Assembly (NCBI RefSeq): GCF_902459465.1
Contig: NC_047068.1
Location: forward strand, 4,774,001 to 4,838,000
Length of the DNA: 64,000 nucleotides
DNA from: Asterias rubens
Taxonomy: Eukaryota
Reading direction: 5' to 3'
The number at the start of each line of letters is the position of its first letter. Position 1 is the first letter of the stretch. The notes under the pieces are model-generated. The model searched no databases. It was not told the origin of the DNA and saw only the letters and a list, made by a program, of their open reading frames with translations. Positions 48,286-61,200 of the stretch are shown piece after piece. The position numbers and the translations under genes are program-made.

Positions 48286-51200
48286 TGCTTTCGTTTACAC
48301 CAAACTCTTTCCAACTTGTGTTAATCTTACGACTTGAGTTGAGTCTCAGCCTTGCAACGTAACATGCAAACCCTAAGATTAACGTTTCGTGAAAACGGCT
48401 CCAGCTTTGCAAGTCTGTTCGATTTCATGTGTCACAGATTAGGAAGTATGTATCTGACGATTCATAACATCATGTGATTCGCAGCCATGTTCTTTCTCGG
48501 TTAGATTGTTGTAATGGGCTGCTTACAGAAAACCCACATGCATATTTTAAAAGAGACTTCACAGTTTGCAGAACTGGGCTGCTCGTGTTATATTTAGGTT
48601 AAATCGCCGTCGTGATGCCATGCTCCTTCTAAGATCGCTTCATTGGTTACCAATTAAACAGAGGATTGCAATTAAGATTATTTTATTTGTATGAACATTT
48701 CTTTTTAAATCAGGCACCAGAGTAATTTAATGAGTGTCTAGAGTTGTATCAGTTTTTGCGTACACATCTTCACTCCAATGCAGATCCATCTCGGCTAACT
48801 TTTCCCATGACTCGCAGTAAGGCAGGAGATCAAACTTTCACAGTTTTTACAGCAGCTTAGGGGTAGGGGTGGAACGAACTTCCTTCTTAAACGAGGAGTG
48901 TTTCCCTTGCACTGTCAGGCTGCCATGTGACCCTGTGGAGAAAAGAAAGAAACACACAATGTTGACCTGAACTTATGTTGATTGTGTAATACTATCTGTA
49001 GTATGATAGGCTAATACTTATTGCAAGCAAATAAGTTAACGTAAATGTCAGAAAATTGTGTTGTTAAAATCACACATGAAGATACCATTTTTCACGTCAG
49101 GTACCTCTCTGTGCAGACGTCTTACGTGAGCATGAATTAAGCCCAAAGTGGTGACGTCACCTAACAACACAATGTTTTGACCTTCACGTTCACGTGTTTG
49201 CTGGCATAACATGCAGCTCATAAAACCTACCTAATACTTACGGGCTAAAGTGAGGTTCGAGGCAACACCATCACAAATAAAGACTCTCATGTAATTTCAA
49301 ATCTTATTTAAGTTTTAGTGTTTAAATTTTTTAAACATTTTGTTATTATGTTTTATTATTGTTTCTAAAAAAAACAACAATTATGTTTAATTATAAAAAC
49401 CAACAACAAAAACAGTGAATTTGGTACTTTTTGCATTGCTTGAGACTCTACTCTCTAGATACAAAAGTTCCAACAACAATGCAAAACAAGTAACCTTGTG
49501 TAGAACTAGAACTTTAGAAGTAGGGGCTCAATTTTAATAACCTGTGTGTGTCGGTGCAACCGCCACTGGCGATAGTGCTTTTTGTGGAACCATGGAGGTA
49601 GAAACTACCTCCATGGTGGAACCAGTGAGTTATATGAATAATAACACATGTTTTGTTAAGTTTTACTTCAAAACAAAACTTGTTCTTTTAAGTAAGAAGC
49701 CCCAAACCAAGTTACCGGTAACTCCATGGAGGTAGATTTTTGCAATATTATTTTGTCAACGCAAATTTATTAGTAGTTTAATTAAGAAACTTAACAGCAA
49801 GCTCACCTGTTTTGATTTCATGATGCCAACACAGTATGCACCAACCATCACCACTGCCTTGAGCAAGGCTACTGATTTCATCGAATATTCGGCCGGTGCA
49901 AATCATTTGTTTACAAAAGTGTCATTGCCTTTCATCAATCAATACACGCTGTGTGCAGTGTGTGTGTGTTGGCATGATGCATATAAATGGCGGCTTCTTC
50001 TTCTTTTTCCTTGCGACCTGTCGTCGACGTGAGCAGCTCTCTTGCATGTTGCATGCCTTGAGAAAACTGGCTACTTGACAGCTGCTTCTATATCTTGTTC
50101 TTCAAGTTTATCAACCAAGTCAGACCAAGTTAAGACGAAGTTATTTATTTAATATGCACGTCAAAGTTCCCGATGAAAATCCGTACTCAAAAGTACAACC
50201 ATACACACACACGACGTCTAGTGTGTAGGCATAATAAATACACGCTGACAGGTTTGTTGATCGTTCATTCATACATGTGACTTCCCGAACCCATCCAATA
50301 CAGGGTGTACTGTTTGACAGCATATACATGTTGAATATTCATTGATTTAACGACATCGACCAATCAGATGCGTCCGTACGATTTCGGCTGAAGTGCCCAT
50401 AGGCTGTGCACAAACTGATGACAACTTGTACAAGTCGTTAATGAGGAGTCAAAATCGGGGAGCCATCAGTTCGCGCGAGAGCAGTGAGTTCGCGCGAGAG
50501 CAGTGAGTTCGCGCGAGAGCAGTGTTGTCGGGGGAGCACTATCTCAGCACGTGGGGCCGATTTAACGACTTGTCCACAAGTCTAGGTATGTCGTCGTACA
50601 CACATGTACCACACCGTCACACATAGCAGAATCGCTTAACTGACGACTGTGTGTTACTTTTAATTAATAAATAGCTCAATATAAACAGCACAGTCTAATA
50701 ACATTCCTTCCTCCTTGGTCTAATCTCCAGCAGTTGTTACGTCATCTCTCATCGTGTGAACTGTACCTCGCACGCAGTGATGAGAGGATTCTCCAGTCCA
50801 TGTATGAATGGTAAGGTAGTCATTTTCTTTACTTTATTTAGATTAGAACTTAACTTTTGATTGAATAAAGTTTTGGCATGAGGATTGAATGGTAAGCAAA
50901 CTCTAGGGGTCTCGTCATTGTTTGTATAGCATTTATTTAGAAGGCTTTAATTAGTCTTTAGAATTAGATATCACACCTTGTGTCGTGACACAAGTTGTGT
51001 AAAGTGTAAGGGTGTGATTTAGCATAGTTGCAAAGTACTTCTAGAAACTATAGAAGGCTCCCCTGTGTGTGAGCCGAGCATTATTATATAGTTTCTAGAT
51101 AGAAGTAGTTGCAAAGCAATAGCATGTCAATTATGATTTAAAAGGCATTGAATGAACACTTTCGGTAACTACCTCTTTTTCAGAATCTTAATCTTAGGTT

Positions 51201-52285
51201 GCTCAAAATTATTGTGAACTCCATGCTCAGACTAGAGTCAGAATTAGATTTTGAGGTCATGGGTCAGTCCCAAAATCAAGCATCTGGAAGCACACAAGTT
51301 CGTTTGACACGGGAGGGTGTTTGGATAACTTTCCGTATGGCGCCACCACCTTTTTCACTCATTTTTACATAAAGGGATGTCTCATTGAGGTAAATTAGAT
51401 ACTATATTATTTCATATCGAATGAAAAAGTGGTGGCGCCATACGGAAACTTTTCCGGGTGTTTTTTCTTCCAAGTTCAATTATTATCTTGCACATTCGAC
51501 GACCAATTGAGTTCAAATTTTCACAGGTTTGTTATTTTGTGCAATATGTTGAGATAGCCTACACCAAGTGAGAAGACTGGTTTTTGACAAATAACCATAG
51601 TGTCCAGTGTCTTTAAATATCAAACTTATTTTAAAATAGCGCCTCAATTAAAGCCATTGAACACTTTCTGAACAGAACAAAAATTAAAAGTTCACAGATT
51701 TACAAATAACTTACAGGGTTTACAGAAGGTTGGTGAAAGACTTCCCTTGAAATATTTTTCAACGAAATGCTTTACTTTTTGAGAAAACATAAATTCTCGA
51801 TATTGAGAATAACAGATTTATTTTAAACACATGTCATGATGACATGGCGGAACGTGCGGAAACAAGGGTGGGTTTTCCCGTTATTTTCTCCCGACTCCGA
51901 TGACAGATTGAGCCTAAATTTTTACAGGTTTGTTATTTTATATATAAGTTGTGATACACAAAGTGTGGGCCTTTGGACAATACTGTTTACCGATGTTGTG
52001 CGATTGCTTGAAGCTGCTAATAAGTAATATAAATTTTGTCATTTTAATTTTTTTATGGCTCTTGGTCTTGCTTGGTCGATAACAACTGAAAAAGTGGCAT
52101 TTTGCTGCAGAATTCAAAATTTTACCCCATTTAAAATTGCCTTTGCTCTCCAGGGAATTGTCTTCAATGAATTGCTCGGATTCTTACAACTTAAATCATC
52201 ATCTGGAAAATGAAGTGAATTAATCTTGGCTTATCAAAGATCAACAGCTTTCATTATCTCATTCCAAGCAACACAACTGCGGAAA

Positions 52286-55200
52286 ATGTCGGAGTTATCA
52301 ACCGAAACTGAAATGACCTTTGAGCGACCCAGCAGCAGATATGAAAATCTGTCCAGCCGTTTCCTTCAGAAAGGTCGCAATTTTAGGCGACAGTATGCCC
52401 ATCTTTATGCAGAGCGTTTGTGCAGTATGTATACTCGGTTGACAGAGACAGCCAACAGAAAATGGGGTAATGATAACAAATTGTTGTAATCAAAATTTAT
52501 TTATTTACTCACAAAAATTGTGTCTAGAAATAGATGTCACTGTCTGCAAAAAAGTTGCTAATATTATATAATGTTTTTTTAAAACAAGAACTCTTTCTAT
52601 GGGCAACCATTCAAATAACTCTTTTAACCAGATAACAAAAAAGAACAAATTAATGTGCACATTTTTCCCTGACTTCATGTGCCTGATTGAAATGAGATTC
52701 CAGTCAGTGAGTCTTGGTTCTAGCCATAAGGCCCTAAAAACAGCCATGTCAGCCAAAGTCATAGTCCCAAATGACAGCTGAGGTTGTAGGCCCAAATGAC
52801 AGCCATGTCAGCCGAGGTCATAGGCCTTAATGACAGCCATGTCAGCTGAGGCTATAGGCCCCTTATGAAATGCATGTCTGGCGAGGTTATAGGCCCTTAT
52901 GAGAGCCATGTTAGCTGAGGCTATAGGCCCCTTATGAGATGCATGTCAGCCGAGGTCATAGGCTCTAATGACAGACATTTCCGCCGAGGTCATAGGCCCA
53001 AATGGCAGCCATGTCAGCCGAGGTCATAGGCCCAAATGACAGCCGAGGTCATAGGCCCTAATGACAGCCATGTCAGCTGAGGTCACAGGCCCTTAGCCAT
53101 GTCAGCCGAGGTCATAGGCCCAAATGACAGCCATGTCAGCCGAGGTCATAGGCCCTAATGACAGCCATGTCAGCTGAGGTCACAGGCCCTTAGCCATGTC
53201 AGCTGAGGTCATAGGCCCTAATGACACCCATATCAGCCGAGGTCATAGGCCCTAATGACAGCCATGTCAACCGAGGTCATAGGCCCAAATGACAGCCATG
53301 TCAGCCGAGGTCATAGGCCCAAATGGCAGCCATGTCAGCTGAGGTCATAGGCCCTAATGACAGCCATGTCAGCCGAGGTCATAGGCCCAAATGACAGACA
53401 TTTCAGCCGAGGTCATAGGTCCAAATGGCAGCCGTATCAGCTGAGGTCATAGGCCAAAATTGCAGCCATGTTAGCCAAGGTTTAGCAATCAACTGTGCGT
53501 GAAAACAGTTCTCTCTATAGAGGAACAATAAATCCTGGTGCTTTAGAGAGAATCTTTGTTCTCTTGGCTTTGTCAAGTAAAGGATTCTTTACGCCAGTAC
53601 TTTTTCTTTCTAGAAAATTTTATAAATCCTTTTTTGTTTGTCCTTTTTAGGAGAGTCAGTTTTGATGCGCAAATTGTTTGAACTGAAGGCAGATGAGGAG
53701 TGTTGCGTGATTGGAACCTTATTTAAAAGTATGGAACTCAAACCCAGCATTCTGAAAGAAATCAGCGAAGATGTAAGATGATTTCATCAACCTTGCCTTC
53801 AATCCCCTCCCCTCCCCTAATAAAAAGGTCTGCTGTGTGTCCACATTGTACAAGCAGCAAACACCTGAAAATGACTTAAGGGTTGTGGACCAAGTCCAAG
53901 AACCAAAGGCGCATAATTATTAAGTAAGAACAAAAGTAACATCTCTCCCTTTCCCATATTCCACTTCCATGGTACAGTAGAAATCTGTTGTGTTGTATCT
54001 TACTTAGCAAGGGGGATAGCTAAAGGATTGGGTCTTTTCTCCTAAGAAAGAGTTTCTTCATCTTTGCAACGTTATTCTCTCTATAAGTTATTTCCATTTT
54101 TAAATCTTCTCTTGTTTTTAGCACAACATGGTTCCGCAGCCGAAAAGGGACAAGTACATAGCAGATACAGACACATTGATTCTAGAAGATGAACTCCAAA
54201 GAATTGTTCTCCTTGGAAATATTGATGTCCAAAAGGCTGTTACAGGTAGGCTACAAAGTATTACAGCCACTTAGAATTTAAAAACATTTTTGTTACAAAC
54301 TTTTGGGAAATTGTTTTGAAATTCTAGTGTTATAGTTATGTGAGAGATGACGTGGTTTTCATCATTCCATCTTGCTCCCTTTATAGGTGTAGTTATAGTT
54401 TTATATGGTCACGAGAAAGATGACATGGTTTTCATCATTCCATCTTACTCCCTTTATAGGTGTAGTTATAGTTTTATACGGTCACGAGAAAGATGACATG
54501 GTTTTCATCATTCCATCTTGCTCCCTTTATAGGTGTAGTTATAGTTTTATACGGTCACGAGAAAGATGACGTGGTTTTCATCATTCCATCTTGCTCCCTT
54601 TATAGGTGTAGTTATAGTTTTATATGGTCACGAGAAAGATGACATGGTTTTCATCATTCCATCTTGCTCCCTTTATAGGTGTAGTTATAGTTTTATATGG
54701 TCACGAGAAAGATGACATGGTTTTCATCATTCCATCTTGCTCCCTTTATAGGTGTAGTTATAGTTTTATATGGTCACGAGAGAGATGACGTGGTTTTCAT
54801 CATTCCATCTTGCTCCCTTTATAGGTGTAGTTATAGTTTTATATGGTCACGAGAAAGATGACGTGGTTTTCATCATTCCATCTTGCTCCCTTTATAGGTG
54901 TAGTTATAGTTTTATATGGTCACGAGAAAGATGACGTGGTTTTCATCATTCCATCTTGCTCCCTTTATAGGTGTAGTTATAGTTTTATACGGTCACGAGA
55001 AAGATGACATGGTTTTCATCATTCCATCTTGCTCCCTTTATAGGTGTAGTTATAGTTTTATATGGTCACGAGAAAGATGACGTGGTTTTCATCATTCCAT
55101 CTTGCTCCCTTTATAGGTGTAGTTATAGTTTTATATGGTCACGAGAAAGATGACGTGGTTTTCATCATTCCATCTTGCTCCCTTTATAGGTGTAGTTATA

Positions 55201-58200
55201 GTTTTATATGGTCACGAGAAAGATGACGTGGTTTTCATCATTCCATCTTGCTCCCTTTATAGGTGTAGTTATAGTTTTATATGGTCACGAGAAAGATGAC
55301 GTGGTTTTCATCATTCCATCTTGCTCCCTTTATAGGTGTAGTTATAGTTTTATATGGTCACGAGAAAGATGACGTGGTTTTCATCATTCCATCTTGCTCC
55401 CTTTATAGGTGTAGTTATAGTTTTATACGGTCACGAGAAAGATGACATGGTTTTCATCATTCCATCTTGCTCCCTTTATAGGTGTAGTTATAGTTTTATA
55501 TGGTCACGAGAAAGATGACGTGGTTTTCATCATTCCATCTTGCTCCCTTTATAGGTGTAGTTATAGTTTTATATGGTCACGAGAAAGATGACGTGGTTTT
55601 CATCATTCCATCTTGCTCCCTTTATAGGTGTAGTTATAGTTTTATATGGTCACGAGAAAGATGACGTGGTTTTCATCATTCCATCTTGCTCCCTTTATAG
55701 GTGTAGTTATAGTTTTATATGGTCACGAGAAAGATGACGTGGTTTTCATCATTCCATCTTGCTCCCTTTATAGGTGTAGTTATAGTTTTATACGGTCACG
55801 AGAAAGATGACGTGGTTTTCATCATTCCATCTTGCTCCCTTTATAGGTGTAGTTATAGTTTTATACGGTCACGAGAAAGATGACATGGTTTTCATCATTC
55901 CATCTTACTCCCTTTATAGGTGTAGTTATAGTTTTATATGGTCACGAGAAAGATGACGTGGTTTTCATCATTCCATCTTGCTCCCTTTATAGGTGTAGTT
56001 ATAGTTTTATATGGTCACGAGAAAGATGACGTGGTTTTCATCATTCCATCTTGCTCCCTTTATAGGTGTAGTTATAGTTTTATACGGTCACGAGAAAGAT
56101 GACATGGTTTTCATCATTCCATCTTGCTCCCTTTATAGGTGTAGTTATAGTTTTATATGGTCACGAGAAAGATGACATGGTTTTCATCATTCCATCTTGC
56201 TCCCTTTATAGGTGTAGTTATAGTTTTATATGGTCACGAGAAAGATGACATGGTTTTCATCGTTCCATCTTGCTCCCTTTATAGGTGTGGTTATAGTTTT
56301 ATACGGTCACGAGAAAGATGACATGGTTTTCATCATTCCATCTTGCTCCCTTTATAGGTGTAGTTATAGTTTTATATGGTCACGAGAAAGATGACGTGGT
56401 TTTCATCATTCCATCTTGCTCCCTTTATAGGTGTAGTTATAGTTTTATATGGTCACGAGAAAGATGACGTGGTTTTCATCATTCCATCTTGCTCCCTTTA
56501 TAGGTGTAGTTATAGTTTTATATGGTCACGAGAAAGATGACATGGTTTTCATCATTCCATCTTGCTCCCTTTATAGGTGTAGTTATAGTTTTATATGGTC
56601 ACGAGAAAGATGACATGGTTTTCATCATTCCATCTTGCTCCCTTTATAGGTGTAGTTATAGTTTTATACGGTCACGAGAAAGATGACATGGTTTTCATCA
56701 TTCCATCTTGCTCCCTTTATAGGTGTAGTTATAGTTTTATATGGTCACGAGAAAGATGACATGGTTTTCATCATTCCATCTTTCTCCCTTTATAGGTGTA
56801 GTTATAGTTTTATACGGTCACGAGAAAGATGACATGGTTTTCATCATTCCATCTTGCTCCCTTTATAGGTGTAGTTATAGTTTTATATGGTCACGAGAAA
56901 GATGACGTGGTTTTCATCATTCCATCTTGCTCCCTTTATAGGTGTAGTTATAGTTTTATATGGTCACGAGAAAGATGACATGGTTTTCATCATTCCATCT
57001 TGCTCCCTTTATAGGTGTAGTTATAATAATAATAATAATAATAATTTATTCATTTATATTGCGCCCATTCTGTAAAATGTAAACAAGCGCATAACAAAAT
57101 AATTATAAAAATATAACATTTTACAACAGGAAAATATACAGCAATCCAAACAAACTGAAAATACAAGAACCTTACAGGACAATCCGAAGAGTAAAAATTG
57201 CAAAACATAAGACAGACCAAAACAAACTATAGTTATAGTTGTATAAGGTCATGAGATATGAAGTGGTTTTCATCATTCCATCTTACTCCCTTTATAGGTG
57301 TGGTTATAGTTGTATACGGTCACGAGAGAGATGATGGGAAGTTTCAAGTGGAAGACTTTTGTACAGCAGACCTCCCAGTGCAGATTCCTCGTACAAATCT
57401 GGACCAAGATAGGTAATGTTACTCTCGTCAAATGCTTTAACTTCATCGTCTATAAATGATTGTGATGGTAAAAAAACAAAACGAAGACATTTTGAAGGAA
57501 ACCTGTTCAAAGGGAACATCAACTGTTAACTGATTTAACTATACTACATTTAGGGAATAATTTTGGCCTATTTAAACTCTCTGTTTAATACCATTTGCAG
57601 TCTGGATGTGACACAGACTGCAACCGGTTTTAAACGGAGTGTACTGTGTTTAATACCGGCCAAGCACATTTTTATTTCCATTCATAAATACCTTTTCTGT
57701 CAAAAAACATCAAAACTTTTGGGTCCAAAAGTTAAAAAAATGCAATAATTGTTCACTGATTTCTTTCAACAAAACACCCCTCAAGCTATGAAATGGTAAG
57801 GCCCTCTGGTAAAAACTCTTTATAAGAAGATTGGCGTGCACGTCACGCGTATCGCGTGATGTGGCACAGATGTTCCAGCCGTTGCTCTCGACCAATAGGA
57901 ATGAAAAACTGTCTTATAAGCACAGGTGCAAGCTCGCGAGTCACGCCCATGTTTTAACACTTCTGGCTTTGGTTATATCATCCGTTTAAACACCCCCACG
58001 TGATGTCCTCTCAACCAATCAAAATCGAGAAACTGTCTGGGTTATTTATGAATGCATATTAAATGTCCATCTCTATTATGTTAACACTGTTCTATGGTTC
58101 TATGTGTTTAGGCATTGTTTTGCACTAATGACTGATAATTTCTCTGGACATCATTTAGGTACATTGTCTTGGTGTCTGGTCTGGGTGTTGGGGAGAAGGG

Positions 58201-61200
58201 TCATCACCTTATGACCCTTCAGCTTCTACTTGATTTAATAACCGGTCAGCTAGGGGGTCCTGAGGAGCAGGAGATGTATTCAAAGGTTGTACGAGTCATT
58301 GTTGCCGGTAATAGTCTCAGTAAGGACACACAGACTGCTGATGCACTCAATACGGTTAGTAGAATACACATTTAACCCCCTCCAATCACTAGCTCCAAGT
58401 TAGTTGACTTGACTTTGTGCAAATTAAATATAATTGAAGTCGCTTTAACTTGATATGATGTGGTCATGTAAATTGTTACTAACCAAATACAGTTGACTCC
58501 CTTTATAACAAGATTGTGGGAACTGTCCAAATTACCCTATAATGGGGCATTGTTATAAGAGAATAGTTAAACAAAAAAACACATAGCAGAAATGATGTTT
58601 TGGACTTTAGAATGTACTCTTTATTATAAAGCAGAACCTTTTTAGAACAGTGCTCTTTCTAACCACTGTAACCTGTTTTCAAGAACTCTTCGGTACGGTA
58701 AACTTACAGGTAGAAAAGCATTATATTGGAGATTTCCTCCCAGTTAGATTGACAAATGTCAAATAAACAACAGATAAAGAAAGGAGAATGTTATAAAATG
58801 CTTTAACAACAACTTTTTGTTAACCTTTTCTTTCCTTAGGCCAAATACTTGAGTCGTAAGGTGAAAGCAGGCACAGTAGAAGCTGTCAAGGCATTGGATG
58901 ATATATTTGCTCAACTTGCTGTAAGACATCAGTTTCTTTCATTTAAAGACAGGGTACACTATTGGTAATTATCAAAGACCAGTCTTCTCACTTTGTGTAT
59001 CCCAAAATAAGCATAAAATAACACATGTGAAAATTTGGGCTCAATTATTCGTCAAAGTAAAAAAAAAAAAAAAAGACAAAACACCTTTGTTGCGTAGAAA
59101 CTTGTGCTTTTAGATATGACTGAGATTCAAATTGTTTTAGTGAAAATTACCCCGTTCTATAATACTACACTACTTCAAAGGGAGTTGTTTCTCACAATGT
59201 GCTATATTATCACTGACTCTCTAGTGTTTCTTACCAAGTAAGTTGTATATGGTTATTAACTTGAAGAGTGACTACCAAAAGTATACCCTGCCTTTAAGAT
59301 TCAACTTGTTGAATATTCTCTATGCATAATGGCTCAGCACATACTGTACATGTATGGTTTGTTAATCTTTGCAAACTACTAAGGAAGTTTATTTATTTAT
59401 TTATTTCCTTTATTTACCCAGGGTGAGCCAAATATTCTCTATGCATAATGGCTCAGCACTAATGTACATGTATGGTTTGTTAATCTTTGCAAACTACTAA
59501 GGAAGTTTATTTATTTATTTATTTCCTTTATTTACCCAGGGTGAGCCAAATCAGTAAACAAACTGGTTTCCATTTGGGCCCTGCGAACAAACTAACATGT
59601 TAAAAGTAAAAAGTTCATGTTGGTGTGATGCAATTTTTTTTGGGTTTAGATCCTATTTATTATAATAATGAGTAGGGTAGATGGCCTTAGCTTTCGATCC
59701 ATATCGGAACCTTCTTCAGATTATTTATTATAAGAACTTATAATAATCATGTGTTAATGAATAAACAGTAACAATAACGAGCAGTGAAAGTTCAAGACCT
59801 TTCTGATGCGACCTCCTGAAATCGCATCTTCCTAAATTAAAAGCTACAATACTTCTGATAGAATGGTTTTCTTTTTCATTTTTCTTTTGACAGAGTTGTG
59901 TTGCTGTTGATGTGATGCCTGGTCCAAATGATCCCTCATTCTGCTTCTTGCCTCAGCAGCCCCTGCATCGATGTATGTTCCCCCAAGCCTCTGTTTATCC
60001 CACAATGCGCTCTGTCACAAACCCATATGAAGCGTGTGTTGATGGTGTTAGGTAGGATAAAACAGTTGCAATGTTACATCCTCAAAATGTACTATACATA
60101 TCTGTTCATATGGAAAGCAGTTTGTTAACTTAAAATTTTAAATTATGTAAAATCCCTGTTGTTAGCAATTGAACTTGTTTTTGTAGTGATTTGTTAATTT
60201 GGACTGCTAATGTATCACTCGCTTTCAGATTTCTAGGGACATCTGGGCAGAACATAACGGACATATTCCAGTATACTGATATGGAGGATGGCATGGAGAT
60301 ATTGGAGGCGACTCTTAAAGCCTGTCATGTAGCACCCACGGCTCCAGATACATTAGGTTTGAAAGCTCTTTAGATTATAAAGCTATTCATTCACAAAGTG
60401 TGGGAAAACAATGTTAAATTGGATGTGCAAGTCTTGAATGTATCAAACACATCTCAAACAAGTCAAATCTTTTAAAAACTTTTTCTTTTGGACAACAAAT
60501 CTTGAAAATAACAAAATACCAATAACAATTTGATGTACAAGTTTGTAATGCAACTAAATTGTTAAAATTTTTAATAAAACAAAAATTGATTTTAGGATGA
60601 GGATGCTTATTTGTTTAGAAACCAATTTGCCAATCACACCTGTTTCATGGTAATTTTGTGATGGCTTCTATACACTTTGGATTTAATCCCTAACATTCAC
60701 TTCTGTCTACTACAGCTTGCTATCCTTACTATGATGAAGATCCATTCATTGTGTCCGAGTGTCCACACGTCTACTTTGCTGGCAACCAGAACAAATTCCA
60801 AAGCAAAATCTGGAAAGGTATTAATTTAATTGGTTTTCTTAAGAACTGTTTTTAGCAATTTTATTTTAAATATCGGGCCAGTAAACTATTTATTTCGAAA
60901 AACTATTTGTTTTAATAGGTGTTATTGGGCGGTTTGGAGTAGGGTATGGGAGGCAAGAACACGCAATGGAGGCAAATTCCTTTGTACCTTCTGAAGAATT
61001 ACACTCTGGCTTGAATAATGTTAGTTATTGTCCACTGTCTTGGAATTGAATAGTTTTCAAAAATGTAATAAGTAGTTTTGAAGTTCTAGTAGTAAATGAT
61101 GTTTTTTGTTGCACCTTTTATTACCATGTTTCTGTGTCTGTCTTTGTAATCACAGGTCAATCTGGGCAGAAGGTTCTACTGATAACAGTTCCACAGTTTA

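Larger units (their letters stand above)
46436..50584. mobile_element. 4.15-kb non-autonomous DNA transposon with long TIRs and a 9-bp TSD (AcademH-like; MULE is the alternative)
   Basis: TIRs 46436-46582 and 50419-50584 are identical apart from one extra 19-bp subrepeat. Termini TAGACTTG...CAAGTCTA. TSD GGTATGTCG at 46427-46435 and 50585-50593. No transposase ORF visible. Confidence 0.85.

Noticed and set aside
50065-50140. Minus-strand peptide LTWSDLVDKLEEQDIEAAVK as a death-domain fragment
   Set aside because: Too short, bounded by stops, and not supportable without a search.
50776-50810. GTGATGA as a C/D snoRNA C box
   Set aside because: No matching D box or terminal stem was found. It runs into a splice donor and fits a POLD2 5' UTR exon better.
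22142-57025. Tandem arrays as possible CRISPR arrays or tRNA clusters
   Set aside because: The units are contiguous with no unique spacers, there are no cas genes, and the context is eukaryotic introns. The B-box-like unit cannot fold into a cloverleaf.
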